Shown here: positions 8,684 through 17,747 of the stretch, piece by piece
How the letters are laid out: the number at the start of each line of letters is the position of its first letter
Position numbering within the stretch: the first letter of the stretch is position 1
From: Candidatus Multivoradales bacterium
GTDB taxonomy: Bacteria > Acidobacteriota > Thermoanaerobaculia > Multivoradales > Multivoraceae
Direction: 5' to 3'
Assembly: GCA_965223325.1 (NCBI GenBank)
Contig: CBDCWI010000002.1
Location: 3,424,001 to 3,488,000 of the forward strand
DNA length: 64,000 nucleotides
The notes under the pieces: model-generated
Database searches by the model: none
Seen by the model: the letters and a program-made list of their open reading frames with translations, nothing else
What the model was told of the DNA's origin: nothing
Made by a program: the position numbers and the translations under genes

Positions 8684-10153
8684 CTAGTTGTCGGGCGAGT
8701 CGAGATAGCCGAGGGCCTCGAGGCGTTCTTTGTCCATGGAGTCGAGGACGTTCTCGCCACCTTCTACTCGCTTTTCCATTGCTTTGGCGACGGCGGCTTC
8801 GAAGCGGCCGATCATCGCCTGCGTCTGTTCACGGTCGGCGTTGGCAATGTTCTCGCGCTCTCCGGGGTCCTCTTTGAGATCGTAGAGTTCGACCGCGCCC
8901 CTTCGGAACTGGTAGCTCGAAGCATTGACGATCAGCTTCTTGTCGCCCTCGACGAGAGCCCGGCAGTCACAGCGCTTTCTAGCGGTCCCGTGGTGCAAAC
9001 GCGTACCCTCACCTGGCTCCTCCCAGGCAGCGTCACCTCCTGAAGAGAGGAGCGGCGTGAGGCTTCTACCATCGAGATCGGGCGGCACCTCGAGCCCAGC
9101 CAGTTCTACGATGGTGGGCATCAGATCCTGCAACATCACCGTCGCGCCGACCGTTCTCGCCTCACGTTGGCTGGGAAGCTTGACGATCAGAGGAACCCGC
9201 ACGATCTCCTCGTACACCGTGTAGCCGTGGCTGAAACCGCCATGGTCAAACAGCTCCTCGCCGTGATCCGAGGTCAGAATGATCAACGAGTCGTCGTAAA
9301 GATCGGACGCACGGAGCAGGTCGAGCATCTCGCCGACCTGGTCGGTGGTGTAGCGGATCGCAGTGTCGTACTGATCGAAGAGGCTCTTCAGGTACCTGGG
9401 CGAGACGTGTGAGCGCTGCTGGAGTCGACCGGCCAGCACCTTGCCCATGACATCACCGTAGTAGACAAACGTTCTATCCGGTGGATGCCCCAGAAGTGCC
9501 GATTGGTGTTCTTTGGGCACCCGGTACGGCCCGTGAACATTCATCGGGTGCAGATAGGTCAGATACCGCCCTTCGCCATTCATCCTCTCCACCCAGCTCG
9601 AGAACTTCTCGAGCATCTGGTCGATCCCCGGATAGGCCAGCACCTCGGCCCCCTCGGCCTCGGGTTGATGCCAGACTCTGAAGCCGCGATCGAACCCGAG
9701 TTCCCGCGAGACGTTGATGTTGGCGCTGTCGCCGTAGGCGTCGTAACCCGCGTCGCTCAGGTACTGCACAAAGGTCCAGGCGTCTTCTGGCAGCGCGTCT
9801 CCCGCGCCCCGCAGTTGATGGCGCGCCGGGTCGAGCCCGGTGAACAGGCTCGCTGCACTCGGCGTCGTCCAGTTCGCCGGCGCGTAGGCGTTCTGAAACA
9901 AGGTCGCCTGGCGGGCGAACGATTCCAGCGCCGGTGAGGTGTCGCGTGGGTAGCCGTACTGGCTGAGGTGATCGGCACGAAGGGTGTCGACGACGATCAA
10001 TACGACGTTCGGCGCTACTGTTGGCGACGGCTCATCGGCCGCGGTGGTCAGCTCGGAAACGTCGGGCGGGGCGCAAGCGAGGGTCCCGAAGAGAAGAACC
10101 AGAACCGCGACCAACCAACAGAGGGGAGTCCATCTCTCGAGCAGAATCGCCAT
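8684..10153 (-). CDS. Sulfatase-like lipoprotein (alkaline phosphatase superfamily)
   Basis: Lipobox TLAC; NVVLIVVDTLRADH, WTTPSAASLFTG, TSDHGE, C-terminal LEALGY. Confidence 0.85.
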   Translation of the reverse strand: MAILLERWTPLCWLVAVLVLLFGTLACAPPDVSELTTAADEPSPTVAPNVVLIVVDTLRADHLSQYGYPRDTSPALESFARQATLFQNAYAPANWTTPSAASLFTGLDPARHQLRGAGDALPEDAWTFVQYLSDAGYDAYGDSANINVSRELGFDRGFRVWHQPEAEGAEVLAYPGIDQMLEKFSSWVERMNGEGRYLTYLHPMNVHGPYRVPKEHQSALLGHPPDRTFVYYGDVMGKVLAGRLQQRSHVSPRYLKSLFDQYDTAIRYTTDQVGEMLDLLRASDLYDDSLIILTSDHGEELFDHGGFSHGYTVYEEIVRVPLIVKLPSQREARTVGATVMLQDLMPTIVELAGLEVPPDLDGRSLTPLLSSGGDAAWEEPGEGTRLHHGTARKRCDCRALVEGDKKLIVNASSYQFRRGAVELYDLKEDPGERENIANADREQTQAMIGRFEAAVAKAMEKRVEGGENVLDSMDKERLEALGYLDSPDN

Positions 10154-10232
10154 GGCTGCGAATTCTACACTTTCCCTAGATAGCTAGCAGAGCCGCCTGC
10201 TCGGGGTGCGCCGCGATGGGTTGCAGCCCTGA

Positions 10233-11291
10233 TCACTCCAGAAGAGTGGTGTCCTCATTGACGGCGACCCAGCTGTACCAGAAGGTATCGAAGCCAACGA
10301 GCGGAGTGAATCCGGAATCACCCGCTTGCGCCAGCGCGACCAAAGCGGTCGTTGCGGGGGCGGGTTCTCCCTCGGGAGGGACGGCGCCTTCGACGACCCA
10401 TGCCTCGGTCGACGCGAACTGCGAAGCACCCTCCGGCCTGAAGATCAGCACGACGCCAGCATCGGTTCTGAACACGCGCCCACCTTCGACGGTCACCTGA
10501 GCCACCGCAAACGGCTCCTCGTCGAGGCGAAAGCTGAAGATGGGGTCTTTGGGTCGCAGTCGCTGGTCGTTGACTTCGAGGTCGCGGAACGTGTCGTCAC
10601 TTTCGAAGTAACCCTCGTATGGGTTGCGCTCGACGTGCTCGCGGCCGGCAATCGAAAGGACCTCTGTGCCCGGATGTTCAGCCACCCAATCGCGCCACTG
10701 CACTTTCTTGCCAATCGGCAGCTCGACCAGGTCGGAGCCTTCGAGACTGCCGCCGATCGAATCTGAGGTCATGATCGACCACCAACTGTCGGTCTGGCGA
10801 TCGCGCATCACCAGGCTGGCGTCGAGCAAGGCACCCGAGGCTTCGAACTCCAGGGTCTCACCAGCGATTTCGCGGTCGTACACGACGGCCGTATTGGCAA
10901 GCGGTCACCACACGGCGGCAAACGTTTTCTCACCAATCGAGTCGTTGACCACTTCGTGGTGGTTGAGCAGGTTGAGGCTGTAGGCCTTGGCCACGCCGTC
11001 TGCGAAGACTCCCAGGACCCAGGCGTCGGCCGCGATGTCAGCTTCCGGTGCGGCGACGAACTGTGGCTCGAAGATCGCTGGAATCCCACCGCGCTCGAGA
11101 ATCTGCTCGACGCCAGCGGGAGGCCCGTCGCTCTGCGCGATGAGCGCGACGGGTAGCAGGGTCACCAGGGTGACTCCGATCGCGAAGCGGCTGAGAGGTG
11201 TGTGGAGCAGAAGTCCTCCGAAGGCCAGACTGATAGGGGTAGCGGTTTCAGCGTTATCTACGATGCCTGCGCGCCGGCGGTTTGCCGCCAC
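10233..11291 (-). CDS. DUF3179-like exported protein with in-frame TGA 10905-10907 read as selenocysteine (start uncertain)
   Basis: ORFs 10905-11291 and 10233-10883 are in frame: GIPAIFEP..AKAY...LNHHEVVND..AAVW-U-PLANTAVVYDR..FEASGAL..LVMRDRQTDSWW..FWYSW. TGA falls at the position of the conserved C of the CPL motif. Confidence 0.85.
10872..10889 (-). promoter_or_regulatory. Putative bacterial SECIS hairpin (DUF3179)
   Basis: Minus strand GCC-GTCG-TGTA-CGAC-CGC; loop G at +24 after the TGA, followed by U. Confidence 0.55.
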
Positions 11292-11316
11292 CCGATCGTC
11301 GCCCGGGGCCTGCCGT

Positions 11317-12480
11317 TCAGGCGAACTTTCGGTCGAGCCAGTCGATCGCCACCCGGTTGAACTCCTCGGGCTTTTCCTGCTGGGTCCAATGGCCGCAGTC
11401 CATCACGCGATGGCTCTCGAAGTCGTCGATGAAGGCCCCCATCGCCTCGCCACCCTCGGGCGGCAGGACGACATCGTTCTCGGCGCCGACATAGAGACAG
11501 GGAACCTCGATGTCCCAGTTCACTTCACTCATGTCGGACTCGACCTGGTAGGCAGCCCGGTACCAGTTGAGTCCACCTGTGAAGCCGGTTTCCTCGAAAG
11601 TGTCAACGAAGTACTGCACCGCATCCTCGGTGAGCACCGGCTCTCCTTGGAACTCGCCCCTCTCGATCAACCCCAGCAGGTCGAGCCGGCGCTCGAGCGA
11701 GTCTTCCGGAAGCGCGGCGAATTCTTCGACGTCCCAGATGCCGCCCTTGCGCAGCATGAAGTCGAAGGCACGCCGAACATCGGCCTCGAGGACCGCCTCG
11801 GCAGCGCCGGGCTCTTGAAAGGTTCTGACGTAGTAGCGGTCCGACTGCACGATGAGGCTGTTGCCACCTTCACGCGGATGCTCTGGGTGAGAGGTTGGCG
11901 TGTTGACCCCGATTACCCCGGCGACACGATCCGGGTGTACGCGCGGCATCATCCACACCACCCCACCACCCCAGTCGTGCCCGCAGAAGACCGCCTGATC
12001 GATCTCGAGCGCATCGAGCATCCCTGCCATGTCGTCACATAGGTGGCGCAGCGTGTAGTTCTCGATTCCCTCGGGACGATCGGTAAGTCCGTAGCCACGC
12101 TGGTCTGGCGCAATGGCGTGGTACCCAGCTGCACTGAACGCACGGATCTGGTGGCGCCAGGAGTAGGCCAGCTCGGGGAAGCCGTGACAAAACACCACCG
12201 GTAGACCGTCGCCCTGTTGGTACAGGCCCATGCGAATGCCATTGGTAGAGATGAAGGTGGGCGACGGCAGACCAGGGGCAGGCCTGACTCCCTCCGGCAC
12301 CGGCTCGGCCGTGCTGGTTGCCACTACGTCCTGGGCTTCGGGCGAACACGCCAGCGAACCAAGCCCAACGGGCACAAGGGCAGAAGCGGCAGCCGTTTTC
12401 CAGATCAGCTGACGACGCGTGAGATCGGTCTTCAAGAGGTGCCGGGGCATGGGTTTCATTTCCTTCTCCTCACCATTCAT
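11317..12480 (-). CDS. Alpha/beta-fold epoxide hydrolase with Tat/lipoprotein signal
   Basis: TRRQLI..GSLAC; CHGFPELAYSWRHQ, APDQRGYG, GHDWGG, GGLNWYR, CGHWTQQEKP. Confidence 0.9.
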   Translation of the reverse strand: MNGEEKEMKPMPRHLLKTDLTRRQLIWKTAAASALVPVGLGSLACSPEAQDVVATSTAEPVPEGVRPAPGLPSPTFISTNGIRMGLYQQGDGLPVVFCHGFPELAYSWRHQIRAFSAAGYHAIAPDQRGYGLTDRPEGIENYTLRHLCDDMAGMLDALEIDQAVFCGHDWGGGVVWMMPRVHPDRVAGVIGVNTPTSHPEHPREGGNSLIVQSDRYYVRTFQEPGAAEAVLEADVRRAFDFMLRKGGIWDVEEFAALPEDSLERRLDLLGLIERGEFQGEPVLTEDAVQYFVDTFEETGFTGGLNWYRAAYQVESDMSEVNWDIEVPCLYVGAENDVVLPPEGGEAMGAFIDDFESHRVMDCGHWTQQEKPEEFNRVAIDWLDRKFA

Positions 12481-13871
12481 GGGGTTGAGTTCGAACCGAT
12501 GGCGAAGAGATGCTCGCGCCCACGGATGTAAAGCACTCCGTCGACCAGAGCGGGACTGGCCATGACGGTTTCGCCGAGCTCGTTGGTCGCGACAACTTGG
12601 GGTTCTGGCGCAATCGTGAGCACCGTCGTATCGCCGTCTTCGCTGGTGAAGTACAGGTGCTCCGAACTCGCCACCGGCGACGCTGTGAAGCCGGTCTTGC
12701 CGCCTCCGAGCCGTTGCTGCGACTTGCGCTCGCCGTCTTCGAGCGCGTAGACCGAGAGCACTCCGTTGTCGAGGCAGAAGAAGCCGAGGTCACCAAACAG
12801 GAGCGGGGTCTGCATATAGGTACCTGCCCGCTCCTGGTGCCGGAGCATCGCTTCGCTCTCGGTGGAGAGAGTCCCAGCGGCCGACGTACTGACCGCGTAG
12901 ATCGGACGCTCGGCGCCGTGAGCGCTGGTGATGATCACCGCTCCCTGGCTCTCGGAGTAGAGCGGCGTGGGCACCGGGATGTCTCCTCCACCTTCGAGCC
13001 GCCACAGCTCTTTGCCGGTCTCGAGGTCGTAGCCGCCGATGTGCTTCCAACCGTTGACAACCACCTGTTGCTTCTCCTCTTCGCCGCCTGTCCACGGCAT
13101 GACGGCGGGAGTGCTCCAGGTAGGCACCTCGTCGCGTGCAGTGCGCCAGAGCGTCTCGCCAGTCGCAGCGTCGAGCGCTGCTACGAACGAGTCACCCTGT
13201 GTATCGACCTGGAGGATGACACGGCCGTCATGAAGGATCGGCGAGCTCGCAAAGCCCCACTGGGCGGTCGGCGCCCTGAAGAAACCAGAGTCGAGCACTC
13301 CGAAGTCGCGACTCCAGAGGTGCTCTCCTGCGTGGCTGTAGGCATGCAGTCCCTCTGAACCGAAGAATGCCACCACGCGTTCTTCGTCGACGGCAGGAGT
13401 CGAATTGGCGTGCGTCGCTTTGGTGTGGCGTTTGATGGCCGCCTCTCCTTCATGAGCCACCTTCTGCCACAAGAGCTCGCCAGTGCCACGATCGAGCGCG
13501 ATCACCAACCAGCGCTGCGCTCCCTCTCCGGTCACCGGCGCAATGTCGCCATAGAGCCCCAACTTGAGCTCCTGAGGGGCGCCATCGACAGGCACGGCGG
13601 TGGTGAGAAAGATGCGATCTCCGGCGACGACCGGGCTAGCGTGGCCGAGGCCTGGGATCTGTGCCTTCCACAGGACATGGTCACCCGTTTCACCGTTCCA
13701 GGTGGTCACTGTCTCGCCAGTTCCAATGCCCTGGGAGTCGGGACCTCGAAACGACGGCCAGGCGATCGAATCGCTCTCTGCAACGGCTGTTTGGCCGTAG
13801 AACGCGCCGATCACGAGCGTCACCGCAGCCGCGGCCAGGGCGACTGCTTTCCTCAAGTGCACCTTCTTCAT
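12477..13871 (-). CDS. PQQ-like beta-propeller (BamB-like) exported protein
   Basis: Signal peptide; WPSFRGP, PGLGHASPVV, repeated ALD..TGE.LW. Confidence 0.85.
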   Translation of the reverse strand: MKKVHLRKAVALAAAAVTLVIGAFYGQTAVAESDSIAWPSFRGPDSQGIGTGETVTTWNGETGDHVLWKAQIPGLGHASPVVAGDRIFLTTAVPVDGAPQELKLGLYGDIAPVTGEGAQRWLVIALDRGTGELLWQKVAHEGEAAIKRHTKATHANSTPAVDEERVVAFFGSEGLHAYSHAGEHLWSRDFGVLDSGFFRAPTAQWGFASSPILHDGRVILQVDTQGDSFVAALDAATGETLWRTARDEVPTWSTPAVMPWTGGEEEKQQVVVNGWKHIGGYDLETGKELWRLEGGGDIPVPTPLYSESQGAVIITSAHGAERPIYAVSTSAAGTLSTESEAMLRHQERAGTYMQTPLLFGDLGFFCLDNGVLSVYALEDGERKSQQRLGGGKTGFTASPVASSEHLYFTSEDGDTTVLTIAPEPQVVATNELGETVMASPALVDGVLYIRGREHLFAIGSNSTP

Positions 13872-13902
13872 GCGAGCCTCCTTCCGCGCGCGAGAACAAT
13901 TC

Positions 13903-14700
13903 TTAGTTGAGAATGCCGACATCGGTCGTCGAGGCGTTGGCATGGAGGCGACGCGGAATGCGGCCGGCGTGAGCCGCCAACCAGCCGGCCTCGACTGCCA
14001 GCTTCATCGCCAATGCCATGCGCACGGAATCGTCGGCGCCCGCGACCGCGGTGTTCATGAGCACCGCATCGGCGCCGAGCTCCATCGCGCGCGCCGAGTC
14101 ACTGGCGGTGCCAACTCCGGCGTCGACGATCACCGGCACGTTGGCCGACTCGACGATGATGCGCAGGTTGGCGGGGTTGCGAATGCCCAGGCCCGAACCA
14201 ATCGGCGCCCCCAGGGGCATGACCGCGGCGGCTCCAAGGTCTTCGAGCTTGCGACAGATGACGGGGTCGTCGATGGTATAAGGCAGAACGGTAAACCCCT
14301 CCTTGACCAGAACCTCGGTCGCCTTGAGAAGCTCTTCACCGTCCGGGAAGAGGGTCCTCTGATCGCCGATCACTTCGAGCTTCACCCAGTCCCAGCCGCC
14401 GAGCTCGCGCGCCAGCCGGGCGGTTCGCACCGCCTCGTCGGCGGTGTAGCAACCAGCGGTGTTGGGTAGCAGGAGGTAGCGGTCGAGATCGATCTGCTGA
14501 ATGAGGTTCTCCTCGCCTTCCGCGTCGAGGTTCACCCGCCGGAGCGCCACGGTGATGATCTCCGTACCCGACACCTCAAAAGCCCGTTTCATGGTCGTGG
14601 CATCTTCGTACTTTCCTGTCCCGAGGATGAGACGGGACGAGAAGGAGCGGCCTGCTATCTCGAGCGGCGCCACCTGGGTCGAGTTGGTCACGGTAGGCAA
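13903..14700 (-). CDS. thiG: Thiazole synthase
   Basis: [61 protein letters not shown]. Confidence 0.96.
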   Translation of the reverse strand: MPTVTNSTQVAPLEIAGRSFSSRLILGTGKYEDATTMKRAFEVSGTEIITVALRRVNLDAEGEENLIQQIDLDRYLLLPNTAGCYTADEAVRTARLARELGGWDWVKLEVIGDQRTLFPDGEELLKATEVLVKEGFTVLPYTIDDPVICRKLEDLGAAAVMPLGAPIGSGLGIRNPANLRIIVESANVPVIVDAGVGTASDSARAMELGADAVLMNTAVAGADDSVRMALAMKLAVEAGWLAAHAGRIPRRLHANASTTDVGILN

Positions 14701-14797
14701 GAATCCTTTCTCTCGCGCAGCATGTTCGGGGCTTCAGCCTGCAAGCTACCGCATTCGACCGGTGAACGACGGTACCCTTCTGTCTGGAAACCCTTTG

Positions 14798-15490
14798 ATG
14801 ACTCTCAATCCTTGGTTGCTACCGGCCGCTCTGTTGATCGCCCTTCCTGGAGTCGAGCCACCCCCGCTCCTCGAAGAGGCGACACGGGTGCTGGTGGTCG
14901 TCGAGAGCCCGGACGACCCTCGTATTGAGCTGGTGCAGGAAGCCCATATCTTCTGGCAGGAGACCTTTTCGAGTCTCGCACTCGAGAGCAGGTTTCTCGC
15001 GGTAGAGGTCTTCTCACGAGAGGAGGGCTCAGATCGTGAAGGCAACCAAGATCTCCTGCGCACGCTCGAGAACTACGCCCACGAGCTCTCGCAGGCAGCA
15101 GGACGGCTGCCGCCTGGCACGCCGGGGCCACCGACTCCGGAGGCGCTCCAGACACTGCCGTCCGACCTCGTCGTGCTGCTCTCCGACACCGATCTCATGC
15201 CCTTCGCCTGGCCCTTCACGACAGCTACCGTGGGAGGTCGGAGCGACGATGCTGCACCTGATGTGGGAACACGCTTCCTGGTCGCCATTCCCGCTCGTGG
15301 CAACCAGTCCGACGCCGCGCTGCGCAACGTGATTGCCCACGAGCTCGGTCACACGCTCGGCCTCCAGCACTCGAGCGACCCTCATGTTCTGATGTGCATG
15401 CCTTGCCCGCGCCTCGAAGGCAGTGCGCCGCGCGCCTTTCTGCCTCTCTCCGAGGCCGACCGCAAGCGCCTGCGAGCCCTCGACGACTGA
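14798..15490 (+). CDS. Matrixin-like zinc metallopeptidase
   Basis: HELGHTLGLQH metzincin motif followed by Met-turn VLMC; N-terminal signal-like segment. Confidence 0.75.
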   Translation: MTLNPWLLPAALLIALPGVEPPPLLEEATRVLVVVESPDDPRIELVQEAHIFWQETFSSLALESRFLAVEVFSREEGSDREGNQDLLRTLENYAHELSQAAGRLPPGTPGPPTPEALQTLPSDLVVLLSDTDLMPFAWPFTTATVGGRSDDAAPDVGTRFLVAIPARGNQSDAALRNVIAHELGHTLGLQHSSDPHVLMCMPCPRLEGSAPRAFLPLSEADRKRLRALDD

Positions 15491-15503
15491 CCACTAGGGG
15501 GTA

Positions 15504-16199
15504 CTACCCCTTCGCGCTGCGCACGGGAACGTAGTACTCCGTCCCCCGGATCGGCCGGCGTAGCTGCGCGATCAGCTCCTCGAAGTCTTCGGGTCTGTTT
15601 TCGAAGTCGAGATGCCGCGTGTCGACAACCAGGAGCGGTGACTGCGTGTAGTGGTAGTAGTAGTGGTTGTAGGCATCAATGAGCTGGGCGATGTAGTCAT
15701 CGGAGATTTCGCGCTCGAAGGACCGAGAACGCTTGCCGATGCGGGCCATACAGGTCTCGGTATCAGCCGCCAGGTAGAGCACCAGGTCTGGGTTGGGGAC
15801 CTGCGGCTCCAGCATCGTGAACATCTTGTCGAACAGCGCCAGCTCGTCGTCGCCGAGGTTCATGTACGCGAAGACGCGGTTCTTGGGGAAGGTGTAGTCG
15901 GCGATCAGGAGCTTTTGGAACAGCCCCGGCTGCACGATGTCGAGCTGCTGCTTGTAGCGCGTTAGCAGGAAATAGAGCTCCGTCTGGAACGCCGTCCCGG
16001 GAATGTCCTTGTAGAACGCGTCGAGGAACGGGTTCTCCGCGTCTTCGAGCACCTTGACGCCTTCGAAGCGCCGGCTCAGCATCTCCACCAGCGTGGTCTT
16101 GCCAACACCGATCGGGCCGTCGACCGCGAGGTAGTGGAAGGGAAGCTGTGCTTCGGACAAAAGAGGGGGGATCTCCGCGAAGAAGACGTGACTATACAC
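15504..16199 (-). CDS. Deoxynucleoside kinase
   Basis: VDGPIGVGKTT, ENPFL..FY, PDLVLYL, RIGKR.R.FE. Confidence 0.9.
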   Translation of the reverse strand: MYSHVFFAEIPPLLSEAQLPFHYLAVDGPIGVGKTTLVEMLSRRFEGVKVLEDAENPFLDAFYKDIPGTAFQTELYFLLTRYKQQLDIVQPGLFQKLLIADYTFPKNRVFAYMNLGDDELALFDKMFTMLEPQVPNPDLVLYLAADTETCMARIGKRSRSFEREISDDYIAQLIDAYNHYYYHYTQSPLLVVDTRHLDFENRPEDFEELIAQLRRPIRGTEYYVPVRSAKG

Positions 16200-16334
16200 C
16201 TCACCTTACCCTCCGATCGGCGGTCGGTGCACAAGAACACCGCCTCCACCGAGCGACTGCCAGAGGCCGGTGATACCCTCGATTTTCGGCGCCCGAAGCG
16301 TTCTTGAAAGTAGAGAAAGACCCAGCAAAACAAG

Positions 16335-17747
16335 ATGTCGAACTCATCCGGGAACGACGCCGCCACCGGTCCATGGTGGCGCCGTCCAAGCGCAGCAGAA
16401 GACAAAGACCGGTCGAAGAAGCCCGAACAAACGCCGGGGGAGGGCGCGACCGAAGAACCGCTCCACCTGCCAACCGCCCAGGAGCTGACGGGTGGCGAAG
16501 CGCAAGAGTCGTTAGGCGGTCACGCGCCAGCGCCGCCGCGCGAGGAACCGGCCGGGCCTCAGAAAGCCGAATCACGGTCAGGGCTGGGCTGGAGCTTCGC
16601 GGAATCGAAACCGGACGAGGGCACCTCGGACAGCCGGCCGCCGGAGACGAAGAGCGGCCGGCGCAGAATCAAACGTCGTTCGCGGCCAAAGTCGCCCGAG
16701 GCCAAGGTTAGAAGCACGTCGCGCCGTGGCGAGAAAGCGCCGGAGCGCGACGAGAAGCGTCGTGCTGGATCGGCCCCTGCAGAGAACGAGCGGTCCTCAC
16801 GCAACCGTCGACCTCAACGAGGTTCCCAAAGCCGCGACCGAGGGAGCACCGGCTCGAAGCGCGGTTCAGGGCACTCCAGGTCGCGGTCATCAAGTCCGAA
16901 GCGTTCGCGTTCCGGGCGACGAGGCCGCCAGCCGGCGCCGCGGGCCGAACCCGGGCCAGCGCCCGTGAGCTCCCTCGACGTGCTTTCGCTGGTCGACGAG
17001 GTCGATCCAATCGAGCTCGATGGTCCGACCACCAAGCAGGAAGAGGAAGCGCGAGCGAGCGAGCCGCGCCGAGGTCGACGCGATGCCGAACGCCCGGAAC
17101 GTCGGCCGCGTCGCCGAGCCCGTCGACCTCGCCGTGAGCCCGAGCGAGGCGATCGCGAAGAACGGCCACGCCGCACGAAACGCCAGCCGCGCGCGCCGAG
17201 AGCCCGCCGCCAGCCGAGGTCTACGGGGGTCGATCAAGCGCCGACCGGAGGGCCGCAACAGGGCGAGGCGGCAGCGCCGGCCAAAGAGGCAGCGCGCCAG
17301 AAGCCTCGTCCGGGTTCACTGCTCCTCTTCTGCGACGCCAGCCTGCTCGACCCTCACCACGGTGAAGACGGGGCCCCACCCATCGACAAGGTGCTCGCCG
17401 AAGCCGGCGACCGCGGTGACCTGGTAGGCGGCTACCTCTACGGCGACTGGCGCCGCGAGCGCAAGCTCCGCGATCGCCTCGCCGCGAGCGCGAGCCCGTT
17501 GGAGCTGGTCGAAATCGACAGCCGCGACGGAACGGGCGCCTGTCGCCTGGCCGTCGACGCCATGGAAGCCAGCCTCGGGGGCAGCTCCGCCGAGGGCTTC
17601 GTACTGGTGATTTCAGATCCCTGGCTCACCCCCCTGGTTCACAAGCTCCAGGACCGAGGGCACAAGGTCCTGGTTTGCGCACCGCCGCGTTCGCCACTGC
17701 ATCAAGCAGCCGACGCGTCCCTCTCCTGGGGAAGGGCACCGACCTAG
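16335..17747 (+). CDS. Protein with long R/S/P-rich disordered N-terminus and degenerate NYN-like C-terminal domain
   Basis: C-terminal LLFCD..YGDW..LAVDAME..FVLVISD..PLVHKLQDRGHKVLV resembles NYN/LabA. Confidence 0.6.
   Translation: MSNSSGNDAATGPWWRRPSAAEDKDRSKKPEQTPGEGATEEPLHLPTAQELTGGEAQESLGGHAPAPPREEPAGPQKAESRSGLGWSFAESKPDEGTSDSRPPETKSGRRRIKRRSRPKSPEAKVRSTSRRGEKAPERDEKRRAGSAPAENERSSRNRRPQRGSQSRDRGSTGSKRGSGHSRSRSSSPKRSRSGRRGRQPAPRAEPGPAPVSSLDVLSLVDEVDPIELDGPTTKQEEEARASEPRRGRRDAERPERRPRRRARRPRREPERGDREERPRRTKRQPRAPRARRQPRSTGVDQAPTGGPQQGEAAAPAKEAARQKPRPGSLLLFCDASLLDPHHGEDGAPPIDKVLAEAGDRGDLVGGYLYGDWRRERKLRDRLAASASPLELVEIDSRDGTGACRLAVDAMEASLGGSSAEGFVLVISDPWLTPLVHKLQDRGHKVLVCAPPRSPLHQAADASLSWGRAPT

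Noticed and set aside
14700-14800. TPP riboswitch upstream of thiG
   Set aside because: No CTGAGA / CCTGA..GGGA signature, and the intergenic space is under 100 bp
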